This document shows positions 29,145 through 37,295 of a DNA stretch of 64,000 bases, in pieces (the stretch's first letter is position 1; the number at the start of each line of letters is the position of its first letter). The stretch is from positions 64,001 to 128,000 of the IMG/VR virus record IMGVR_UViG_3300021399_000002; one strand, written 5' to 3'. This stretch comes from a virus (taxonomy: Duplodnaviria > Caudoviricetes). The notes beneath the pieces were generated by a model. It made no database searches and was not told the DNA's origin. It worked only from the letters and a program-made list of their open reading frames with translations. The translations under genes were made by a program, and so were the position numbers.

Positions 29145-29822
29145 ATGGAACAGAAAAGACCTTTAGGTTATCTCGCGGGTGGAATTATGACGCACGGAGA
29201 AAATCTTGCGCGCCAAGAAGAATATGATAAGTTCAAGGCCGCCGGAATTCCGGGTGAAGTATATAGCCCTGTTCAAAATAAGTCAATTAATGATAAGTCT
29301 AATATGACTGAAGAAGAAAATAATCAACTCGCGGAAAAAATTGTCGCAGCAGATGTTGAAAGATTATGGAATAGTGATTATACTGTTCTATGCCCAGAAC
29401 AGAGTGCTATTGGCACTATGTGCGAGATGGGAGTATTGTATGGATGGAAGTATATGGTTGATAAATTATGGGATATTGTTGTAAAATGTAAAATAGAAGG
29501 GCAACAGAAATACTTTGATCAAGGGCTTCATCAATGGGAAATTGATGAACATATTGAACTAGATCAATGTAAAGCTATTAAGGAAGAACTTATGCGGATT
29601 TCTAGACAAAAGAATTACGCTCATTACTTCGATATTCGCACCAATCATCTTAATGAGAAGGATTGGCGCCGCAGTTTCAGTATCAATTAGATGTTATATG
29701 GAATGATTTTATACGCTACGGAAGATCATATGCTGCATAATTCATTTGATGAAATTTTGCCCCTACTACAAAAAGAATATGGCAAGAAAGATGCAGATGA
29801 ACCAGTATCAGATTGGAGGTAA
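29145..29822 (+). CDS. nucleoside 2-deoxyribosyltransferase / nucleotide N-hydrolase-like protein (1 TAG=Gln)
   Basis: YLAGG, YSP, D...L..SD, GT.CEMG, SIN(TAG)MLYG. Confidence 0.7.
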
Positions 29823-29829
29823 AATAGAA

Positions 29830-30189
29830 ATGGATAATACAACTTCAACAACAACTAGTACCTCTTATACATATAAATCTCCTTCTAGCTACTAGAGTGA
29901 AAAAGGATGGGAATGCCCTCGTTGCGGCCGCATTAATGCTCCGTGGGTAAGGTAGTGTGATTGTTCTAGAAATAATTGGACTATCACTTGTGATGACAAT
30001 GAGTGGTGGAAAAAATATACAACTTGTACAAGTGATACTTTTAAAATTCATCCTGATGAAATAGTATATACTACACCCCATGTCGGCGGTAGTGATTATT
30101 GGGATTCAAACTCAAATTCCTATAAAAATACAACTACATATACCACAAATACAATTCATGATGGAAAACTTAAATATAAGGAGAAATAA
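29830..30189 (+). CDS. Zn-ribbon protein (2 TAG=Gln)
   Basis: GWECPRCGRINAPWVR(Q)CDC; GGAGG RBS. Confidence 0.7.
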
Positions 30190-30191
30190 TT

Positions 30192-31496
30192 ATGCTTTAT
30201 AATATTAATGACAAACTTCCTGCAAAGCGACTAATAGTTGCAGCACTTCAGCAGGTTGTTGCTTGTTTTGTTGCTACAGTACTAATTCCACAGATTTGTG
30301 GAGTGCCTATCGCGCCTGCAATGCTAGGAGCATGTCTAGGTACTCTATGTTATCAATTGGTTACTCGCGGTCAAAGTCCAATGTTTATTAGTTCAAGTGG
30401 TGCATTTGTAGCCGCTGTGATCGGCGCGCTCGCACTGGGAACTGCACCTAATTATCTTGCAGTATTTATCGGCGGTGGTATTGTATGTATTGTATATCTT
30501 GCCGTTGGGCTTGCCATCAATACATTTGGTACTGCTTGGATAAATAAGCTTTTACCGCCCGTTGTAATTGGCCCAATTGTTGCTGTAATTGGTTTGAATC
30601 TCGCAACATTTATTCCTACATACTTCCAAGTCAATGGTGAATATAGTCTAATTGGCTTTGGTCTTGGTATACTAACGCTACTTATTACTGCAATTATTTC
30701 ACATTATGGAAAAGGATTTATCAAAAATCTGCCATTCCTTATAGCAATTCTAATTGTGTATGGTTTCGCAGCAATTCTTACTGTATGCGGAGTAAAAATT
30801 ATTGACTTTAGCGTATTTAATAATGTAAAAATTGTACAAGTACCTGATTTTGCCTTTATGCACGCAAGTAATTGGGATTGGGCATGGTTACCACAAATTT
30901 TACTTCTATTCCTACCACTATCTCTTGTGACCATTGCTGAGCATACAAGCGACCACAAGGCGTTGAGTGCGGTTATTGGCACCGATTTAACACAAAAGCC
31001 AGGCCTTGGCTACACTCTTATTGGTGATGGCATAGCAACTGCTATTGGTACATTTATTGGTGCGATGCCAAATACAAGCTACGGCGAGAGCGTTGGAACT
31101 ACTGGTTTCAGTAAGATTTGTTCTAAATATGTAATTACACTAGCTGCTATAATTATGGGTATCGCCGCATTCATCGGCCCCTTACAAGCTTTCCTTGTAA
31201 GTATTCCTAGTGCTATTTTTGGAGGATGTGCGGCTATTCTCTATGGATATATTACTTTATCAGGTATTCGTACTATTAAAGATAATAATATTGATTTAAA
31301 TAATAATAAAAATGTTACTATTATCGCGGCTGTTCTTACACTAGGAGTAAGCGGCGCAGTATGTAATTTTGGCATTGTAAGTATTGGAACCACGGCATTA
31401 GCAATGATCGTGGGAATTGTCTTGAATCTGATTCTTAAAGATCAAACACCGCCAATACGAGGACTCCGCGCAAAAATTAATTATATTGATGATTAA
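30192..31496 (+). CDS. uracil/xanthine permease (NCS2, UraA/PyrP-like)
   Basis: Multiple TM helices, SSGAF, EH..D, GDG, PNTSYGE signature. Confidence 0.92.
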   Translation: MLYNINDKLPAKRLIVAALQQVVACFVATVLIPQICGVPIAPAMLGACLGTLCYQLVTRGQSPMFISSSGAFVAAVIGALALGTAPNYLAVFIGGGIVCIVYLAVGLAINTFGTAWINKLLPPVVIGPIVAVIGLNLATFIPTYFQVNGEYSLIGFGLGILTLLITAIISHYGKGFIKNLPFLIAILIVYGFAAILTVCGVKIIDFSVFNNVKIVQVPDFAFMHASNWDWAWLPQILLLFLPLSLVTIAEHTSDHKALSAVIGTDLTQKPGLGYTLIGDGIATAIGTFIGAMPNTSYGESVGTTGFSKICSKYVITLAAIIMGIAAFIGPLQAFLVSIPSAIFGGCAAILYGYITLSGIRTIKDNNIDLNNNKNVTIIAAVLTLGVSGAVCNFGIVSIGTTALAMIVGIVLNLILKDQTPPIRGLRAKINYIDD

Positions 31497-31542
31497 TGTG
31501 ATATCCCGCCAGAAACGATTACTAAATTAACTAAATAAGATT

Positions 31543-31599
31543 AGAGGAGTTCAATTTTGAACTCCTCTTATTTGACTTTTCTTAAATTTATGTTATAAT
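31543..31599 (+). promoter_or_regulatory. terminator hairpin followed by sigmaA-type promoter
   Basis: AGAGGAGTTCAA/TTGAACTCCTCT; TTGACT-16-TATAAT. Confidence 0.7.
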
Positions 31600-31761
31600 T
31601 TTTATAGAAAGTGAGGTAGAGTTATGGATATTAAATGTTATATTGGTATTCTTGCTTTTATTATTTTTATATTGATTATTCTTTGTAGTGATTTTAATAT
31701 AGATAATGATGATAAACCTACTGATTTCTAATATGTAAGAGAGGAGACGATTAAAATCGGG

Positions 31762-32094
31762 ATGGATTGTTATATTTTTGAGGCGCCAAACCATAGAATT
31801 TTTAAGGATGAAAATTGGTATTCCTCAGGAATGGTATCAGAACGTATGTATTGGCGTAAGAATTGGGACATGGTAGATAACTGGTCGTTCATGCCCAAAG
31901 ATTATGAATCTGGTGATTTTATTGAAATTGGAAGCAAGGAACTTGAGGAAATGATTAGGGTTGCTTGTACCTATCGTGATTACTTCGGAACCTATGATAC
32001 TGTACCTCGATTATGTGAATTGCGCGATGAGGTATTAGAATGGGAACAGAATGAAGTTAAAAATAAAAAACTATTTGTAGAATATGATTGGTAA
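31762..32094 (+). CDS. hypothetical protein
   Basis: 110-aa ORF with YWRK.W motif. Confidence 0.7.
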   Translation: MDCYIFEAPNHRIFKDENWYSSGMVSERMYWRKNWDMVDNWSFMPKDYESGDFIEIGSKELEEMIRVACTYRDYFGTYDTVPRLCELRDEVLEWEQNEVKNKKLFVEYDW

Positions 32095-32147
32095 TTTAAC
32101 GCCTATCATTAAGATAGGCATTTTTATATATTGGAGGTGTGTGCTTT

Positions 32148-32333
32148 TTGATACAGACTATTATTGATAAATTTAAAAAATATATGGCAGATAATAGCCT
32201 GACTCAAGGGCAGGCCGCCGCACAAGTAAATATTAGTAGAACACATTTAAATAAAGTATTGAATGGTAAAGAGACACCTTCTATTGCCCTTCTAATGCGA
32301 ATCGAAAAAGCAATGGAGGGGTACAATGGCTAA
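32148..32333 (+). CDS. XRE/Cro-family HTH protein
   Basis: LTQ..AA..V.ISR..L..V.NG...PS. Confidence 0.85.
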   Translation: MIQTIIDKFKKYMADNSLTQGQAAAQVNISRTHLNKVLNGKETPSIALLMRIEKAMEGYNG

Positions 32334-32775
32334 TTATGCGAATCAAAAAACAATAGAAATAAAAAAAGAATCTGTTGATAAGGTTGCTCATGTGACTGGG
32401 AGTAATGAAAGTTTTCTCCGTGCTATTGATTGGAAATATATAGAACAAGCACAACAGGTATTAACTGGAAATGAATTTATGTTACTTGTATATATATTAA
32501 AATGGGCGGGAAAAGGTGAATTTGATTTTTCACCCGCGGCAGTAGAAATAGCAACACAAATGTCTGATAGTACAGCAACTCGTGCAAGAACAACCTTGGA
32601 ACAATTAGGTTTTATTAAACAAAAAGAAGACAGTGCTAATAGATATGAAATAGATTTAAATCCGCCTGGACTAGAAGCATTGGCAATTCAAAAGCGTGCA
32701 GAAAATATTGTGAACCGTCAAAATAAAAAGAAAGTTGTACCTAAAATGGATGAAACTTTCATAACCGAAGTTTAA
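32326..32775 (+). CDS. winged-helix protein, candidate replication initiator
   Basis: MS.ST..RA...L..LGFI wHTH pattern; directly followed by iteron-like repeats. Confidence 0.55.
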   Translation: MANYANQKTIEIKKESVDKVAHVTGSNESFLRAIDWKYIEQAQQVLTGNEFMLLVYILKWAGKGEFDFSPAAVEIATQMSDSTATRARTTLEQLGFIKQKEDSANRYEIDLNPPGLEALAIQKRAENIVNRQNKKKVVPKMDETFITEV

Positions 32776-32950
32776 CTCAAAATGAGTACAACTCAATACC
32801 TCCAATTTGAAAGAAGGTTTAACTCAATTTGAGTTAAGGTTTAACCCAAAATGAGTGAAGGGTTCACTCAAATTGAGTTAAGGTTTAACCCATTTTGGGG
32901 TAAGTATATAAGGATATAAGGATATAAGAATAATAAGAATATAAGGATAT
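32768..32950. repeat. 22-bp iteron-like tandem repeats plus AT-rich 8-mer repeats (candidate origin)
   Basis: Units at 32815, 32837, 32859, 32881 (plus 32768), consensus AGGTTTAACTCAAWWTGAGTTA; then ATAAGRAT x5. Confidence 0.8.
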
Positions 32951-32976
32951 GGCGCATTCGCGCATAAGGAGTAAAA

Positions 32977-33183
32977 ATGAAACTAAAAATTAAAATTTCA
33001 TATGAGTGGGAAGAAGATTTAACTGAAGCTTGGAAAGAATGGGAAGCAGATGGCTATACTATTGAAGAATTTAAGAATAATGAAATAAGTTTTCACCATG
33101 CAATTGAGCGCCTTGATGCTGCCGCGGATAATCATATCTGTTATGACTATAAAAGAAATTTAGAGGTAAAATGGAATGAGTAA
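32977..33183 (+). CDS. hypothetical protein
   Basis: AAGGAG RBS. Confidence 0.65.
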   Translation: MKLKIKISYEWEEDLTEAWKEWEADGYTIEEFKNNEISFHHAIERLDAAADNHICYDYKRNLEVKWNE

Positions 33184-33580
33184 AACAAATTGTTGTAATT
33201 GTGGTGCTGCTCTTGATATCTTCGCGCCAAAATGTGAATTCTGTGGCACAAAAAATATCAACATGACAGAGATAGACTTAGCTTCTGGCGAAGCCGCAAA
33301 TTTCATCTTTAAATTACCAAATAATACTACTATCAATGGTAATATGTATATGTCTATGCTTGCCGTACCAGAACTAAAAACATTAGAAATGACAAGTGAA
33401 CCAACTTATATATATGGAGATTGGAATAATACTAGATTAGCCTATATGAATAATTATTCATTAGAAATGGGATTAAATTTACGCGCTGTTCCTCATGCAG
33501 ATAATTCACTTTATTGTTTGACAAAACAAGAAAATCATATTATAATAAAAGAAAAAGGGGAATGTAAAGATGATACATAA
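33176..33580 (+). CDS. Zn-ribbon protein
   Basis: CCNCGA...CEFCG. Confidence 0.65.
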   Translation: MSKTNCCNCGAALDIFAPKCEFCGTKNINMTEIDLASGEAANFIFKLPNNTTINGNMYMSMLAVPELKTLEMTSEPTYIYGDWNNTRLAYMNNYSLEMGLNLRAVPHADNSLYCLTKQENHIIIKEKGECKDDT

Positions 33581-33791
33581 GCAACAAATTGGACTTTATA
33601 GCACAAATGAGCCAACTGTACGCAGGGAAGAGAGCCGTGAACTACGAACAATTGAACATCCATTTGGAGACGATGAAGTATATAGGGCTACTATAGTTAG
33701 ATATTACTGTAAGAACTGTGGCGAGCAAGTTGATTCTGATGATAAGTACTGCGCAAAATGTGGCACTGAGCTAATTTTTGAGGAGAGATAA
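33570..33791 (+). CDS. Zn-ribbon protein
   Basis: CKNCG...YCAKCG; sigmaA-type promoter at 33518-33546. Confidence 0.65.
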   Translation: MIHKQQIGLYSTNEPTVRREESRELRTIEHPFGDDEVYRATIVRYYCKNCGEQVDSDDKYCAKCGTELIFEER

Positions 33792-33793
33792 GT

Positions 33794-34030
33794 ATGGTAC
33801 TAAGTCCTAATAAATGGATAAAGACAAATAAGAAAGCGCAACCATGTCCAAAATGTCAATCCTCCAATCTTTGGTTGGCTCGTTCTAATCGTAAAGTAAT
33901 GCGATGGAGTGTTTGGTGCCCAGACTGCCACTTGCGCGGAGCAAGAAGACGAACAATGGAATCAGCCGTCCACATTTGGAAGAGAACGTACAAAAACTTT
34001 AATTAGAGGAAAGGTGATCAATTTGTTTAA
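33794..34030 (+). CDS. Lar-like (restriction alleviation) Zn-ribbon protein (1 TAG=Gln)
   Basis: PCPKC...V.CPDC...A...W; read-through of TAG 34004 ends at a TAA overlapping the next start. Confidence 0.55.
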
Positions 34031-34619
34031 AATAAAGAGTCTTGGTGATATTATACCAGCAAAAATTGATTGGCATGACGCTAAATATTTATGGCGAAAC
34101 ATAATGATAAAACAATGTGGACAAGACTATTATGAAGATCATTTTCTTCACAGTGCTGTCGAAATGGCGCCATTGCTGACATTGTTGGAAACTATTGAAA
34201 CTTACCCAGAACCATATAGTTTGTATATTCCAACAAACTATCAGCAAGAATGGAGTCATATTCATCCGTCATTTACATCTATCGGGATGATGTTAAAATG
34301 CTGTGAACAATGTAATTGTCGACTTGCAACATATGAGGAATATTGGTTCTATATGCTGGATCAAATAATTAACGAAAAACGAAACATAAAAGAATTATTA
34401 GTGGAAAAAAGTAGTCCTGACGAGCCTTCTTTGGCATTTATTAGTAGTGATAAACAGCATCTTGCGTTGGCAGGCAGCAAAGCTGGCGGATTTGCGGGCC
34501 GTGAAATGAGATGGAGAAACTCGAGAATTCATGTTTTTGAATCACCATACATAACTTTGGATTTTGTTAGAGCACTTATAGTTAGTAATACAATTCCACT
34601 TATGGTAAAACTAACATAA
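34023..34619 (+). CDS. hypothetical protein
   Basis: AAGGTGA RBS before TTG. Confidence 0.6.
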   Translation: MFKIKSLGDIIPAKIDWHDAKYLWRNIMIKQCGQDYYEDHFLHSAVEMAPLLTLLETIETYPEPYSLYIPTNYQQEWSHIHPSFTSIGMMLKCCEQCNCRLATYEEYWFYMLDQIINEKRNIKELLVEKSSPDEPSLAFISSDKQHLALAGSKAGGFAGREMRWRNSRIHVFESPYITLDFVRALIVSNTIPLMVKLT

Positions 34620-34636
34620 TAGGAGAAATGTAAAGT

Positions 34637-34825
34637 ATGACATACGGTGAAATTTATCAAAAAGCAAAAGGCGTTTTAGGAGAAGAAAATATATTGGATT
34701 ATCGCCCAGCTGTATTTGAAATGATGCCAGAATCTATGCTTGACGGAGTTCGTATGTGCATACCAAATACAATTATGATTTGGTTAAAGAATGGTGATTG
34801 TATTTGGTATAGAGCTGAAAACTAA
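34637..34825 (+). CDS. hypothetical protein
   Basis: AGGAG RBS. Confidence 0.65.
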   Translation: MTYGEIYQKAKGVLGEENILDYRPAVFEMMPESMLDGVRMCIPNTIMIWLKNGDCIWYRAEN

Positions 34826-34839
34826 TAGGAGAACTACGA

Positions 34840-35112
34840 ATGATTGATAGAGAGAAAATTATAGAAAATATGAATATCGCAAAAGCGGTATTGTGTAATC
34901 AAAATATAATTACTCCAGAAATGTGTATTAAGATTGGGCAAACTATTTCGGATGTTCTTTCTTTACTTAAAGAGCAGGAACCACAGCAAGTAGTAATTAC
35001 AACAAACTCCTATGGAACAAAGTTTTACCATTGTCCGAAATGTAATCATGATCTTTATGCCTATCCACGACAAAATTATTGTAGTAATTGCGGACAGGCG
35101 GTGAAGTATTGA
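34840..35112 (+). CDS. Zn-ribbon protein
   Basis: CPKC...YCSNCGQ. Confidence 0.7.
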   Translation: MIDREKIIENMNIAKAVLCNQNIITPEMCIKIGQTISDVLSLLKEQEPQQVVITTNSYGTKFYHCPKCNHDLYAYPRQNYCSNCGQAVKY

Positions 35113-35369
35113 TGACCGGAAAAGAAGCAATATCCAGAATAAAGACTGGAAATTTTAATAATGATTTTGGGTTTGATATGCAAATTTTAATTGATACAGT
35201 CGGAATTCTCGGAGAAATGTTTAGAAGCGGGCAAATTCATGAGGTTATCTATTGCAAGGAATGTCGGTGATATGATGAAAAAATTTCTTTTTGCAATAAT
35301 TGTAATCTGCCACGAGAGCAAACATTTTTCTGCGCTGACGGGAAACACAGGGAGGATGGAGGAAAATGA
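35112..35369 (+). pseudogene. Cys-rich protein interrupted by an in-frame TGA (35268)
   Basis: CKECR*YD...C...FCADG continues to a stop with ATGA overlap at 35366. Confidence 0.55.
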
Positions 35370-35614
35370 GAATGACGAAATATGGATGGGAATTGTTTGC
35401 TGAAAAATGTTTTTGTGCAAGAGATGACTGGGAAGAAGGTCTTGATTCTATCCCTGGAACATGGGATGAAAAAAATGGATGTTGGTATGAATTTAGACAT
35501 AGATGTTCATATTGCGAACGTGAAAATGAAAGTAATAGCTATACACGATATTGTCCTCATTGCGGAAAAGAAATGACATTTATTGAAAACATAACAAAAA
35601 CGGCGGTGAAATAA
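35366..35614 (+). CDS. Zn-ribbon protein
   Basis: CSYC...YCPHCGK.M. Confidence 0.7.
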   Translation: MRMTKYGWELFAEKCFCARDDWEEGLDSIPGTWDEKNGCWYEFRHRCSYCERENESNSYTRYCPHCGKEMTFIENITKTAVK

Positions 35615-35616
35615 AA

Positions 35617-35904
35617 ATGCGCGAACTAATTTATCGTGATGATTGTAATCTTAATGCGCCGTCCCTCGGCCGCGATGAAATGCTTTGGGATTTAATTTAT
35701 GAAATGCATATGCCAGATACAGAAGAAATGTTTAATTTTGCTAAAGTAGTTATGGAGAAGGCGCAAGCAGTTATTGATACTGCGCCAACTATTACCACTG
35801 ACGAAGTTCTTGCTTATAAATGCCCAGAGTGTAAGGTAGTAAGTATTCTTTATAATCCTGAAGAAGAGTATTATTGTCCAAACTGCGGATGTGCGAGGAA
35901 ATAA
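35617..35904 (+). CDS. Zn-ribbon protein
   Basis: CPEC...YCPNCG. Confidence 0.7.
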   Translation: MRELIYRDDCNLNAPSLGRDEMLWDLIYEMHMPDTEEMFNFAKVVMEKAQAVIDTAPTITTDEVLAYKCPECKVVSILYNPEEEYYCPNCGCARK

Positions 35905-35905
35905 T

Positions 35906-36400
35906 ATGGAAGCAAAAGAAGCAAGAGAACTTATGAAAGGTTCTATTAAACATAAGGGGTTGTGGTTTAAAGCAAGATTAAACTGGTTTTGCGGCCGCAT
36001 TAATAAACAAATAGAAGACGCCGCGGAACGCGGAGAATCATATATACAATTTACAGTAAGAAGTGATAATACTGCAAAGCGATACTTTTCAATAATAACG
36101 CAATTTTATGAAGATTTAGGATATTATGTAGCTTTTGCCTATCATAATAATACACTTGAAATATATTGGGATTTATCTGATCTTAGCCAATATACAATTG
36201 AACGTTTATGTACTAACAGTTATTATTATCATCATATAAAATTGGAGGAATCTGAAAATGAAAGTAATTGCACGTCCAGTAGGAACAGGGAAAACGAAAG
36301 AACTCCTAGCAGAAGTTCAAAAGACAAACGGAATCGTACTAACCCTAAACAAAAGAGCCCTTCAGGAAAAGGCTCGGACATACGGAATTTTCGGTCTTGA
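35906..36400 (+). CDS. hypothetical protein (tail overlaps next gene)
   Basis: GAGG RBS; last ~47 codons overlap the 36258 ORF. Confidence 0.6.
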   Translation: MEAKEARELMKGSIKHKGLWFKARLNWFCGRINKQIEDAAERGESYIQFTVRSDNTAKRYFSIITQFYEDLGYYVAFAYHNNTLEIYWDLSDLSQYTIERLCTNSYYYHHIKLEESENESNCTSSRNRENERTPSRSSKDKRNRTNPKQKSPSGKGSDIRNFRS

Positions 36401-36548
36401 GATAGTAGATTGGAATGATTTGCTATATGGAAATTTTTCACAGGAAAAGCCATTATATGTTCATAAATTAGATGATGTAATGAAAGAATATTTTTGGGAT
36501 GATTTTGGCGTGAATTTAGAAGGTTATAGTATCGCAATGGAGGATTAA
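36258..36548 (+). CDS. small P-loop-containing protein
   Basis: RPVGTGKT; GGAGG RBS. Confidence 0.7.
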   Translation: MKVIARPVGTGKTKELLAEVQKTNGIVLTLNKRALQEKARTYGIFGLEIVDWNDLLYGNFSQEKPLYVHKLDDVMKEYFWDDFGVNLEGYSIAMED

Positions 36549-36549
36549 A

Positions 36550-36795
36550 ATGGCCCAGTGGTTAACTTGGGAAGAAATTATCCAACTTCCAAAAGATAAA
36601 AAAGTTTGGATTCAATATGATAATTATTCATTAGAATATGATAGTCTAAGATACAATAAAGAGACTGGTAATATATATCAAGACTATACAATAACTATAT
36701 ATACAAACGCGATTAAAACCTATCGTCATAATTGGGTAGTTTGGGATAAATTACCAACGGAAGAACAATTTTTTAAAGAAGAATGGAGATTATAA
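36550..36795 (+). CDS. hypothetical protein
   Basis: GGAGG RBS. Confidence 0.65.
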   Translation: MAQWLTWEEIIQLPKDKKVWIQYDNYSLEYDSLRYNKETGNIYQDYTITIYTNAIKTYRHNWVVWDKLPTEEQFFKEEWRL

Positions 36796-37217
36796 GAATG
36801 TTTCAAGTACACGATACAGATACTAATAAAACCTCTCAAATTTATGATGAAGAAGAACTTGCCACTGCGATAACCGATACTATTCAATATTATAAAGATA
36901 AATGTGAACATCTTAGAGAAGAAAATCAACAACTCATTCAAAATGCTCAAGAAGTTGTAAAAAAGAATTATGAGCAAACTATTACAAATTTGCGCGAACG
37001 CCTTAATCTATCTTATGGAGAATTTGCTTCTCAAAAAGAAAAAGATGCATATAATCAATTTACAATAGAACACATGCATGACAGATTAAGTTCAAGATAT
37101 AATGGCGGCCGCGCGCCTTACTTAATCCCAACTGGAGGTGGTATTGGTACTATCCTTAAAGTTGTATGTCCAATTTGTGGAGAATCAAAGGATATTACTG
37201 ATAATTCAGTTTGGTAA
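36783..37217 (+). CDS. hypothetical protein with C-terminal CPICG
   Basis: Coiled coil plus G.GIG...CPICG..KDITD..W. Confidence 0.7.
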   Translation: MEIIRMFQVHDTDTNKTSQIYDEEELATAITDTIQYYKDKCEHLREENQQLIQNAQEVVKKNYEQTITNLRERLNLSYGEFASQKEKDAYNQFTIEHMHDRLSSRYNGGRAPYLIPTGGGIGTILKVVCPICGESKDITDNSVW

Positions 37218-37220
37218 TTG

Positions 37221-37267
37221 AAGAAGTCAATTAAATAATTGACTTCTTTTTTAATTCATGATATAAT
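37221..37267 (+). promoter_or_regulatory. fused terminator and promoter
   Basis: AAGAAGTCAATT/AATTGACTTCTT hairpin plus T-tract; TTGACT-17-TATAAT. Confidence 0.75.
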
Positions 37268-37295
37268 ATATTGTAAGAAAGAAAGGGGTGAGAGA

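Noticed and set aside
32768-32950. CRISPR array
   Set aside because: The repeats are directly tandem with no unique spacers, and no cas genes are present.
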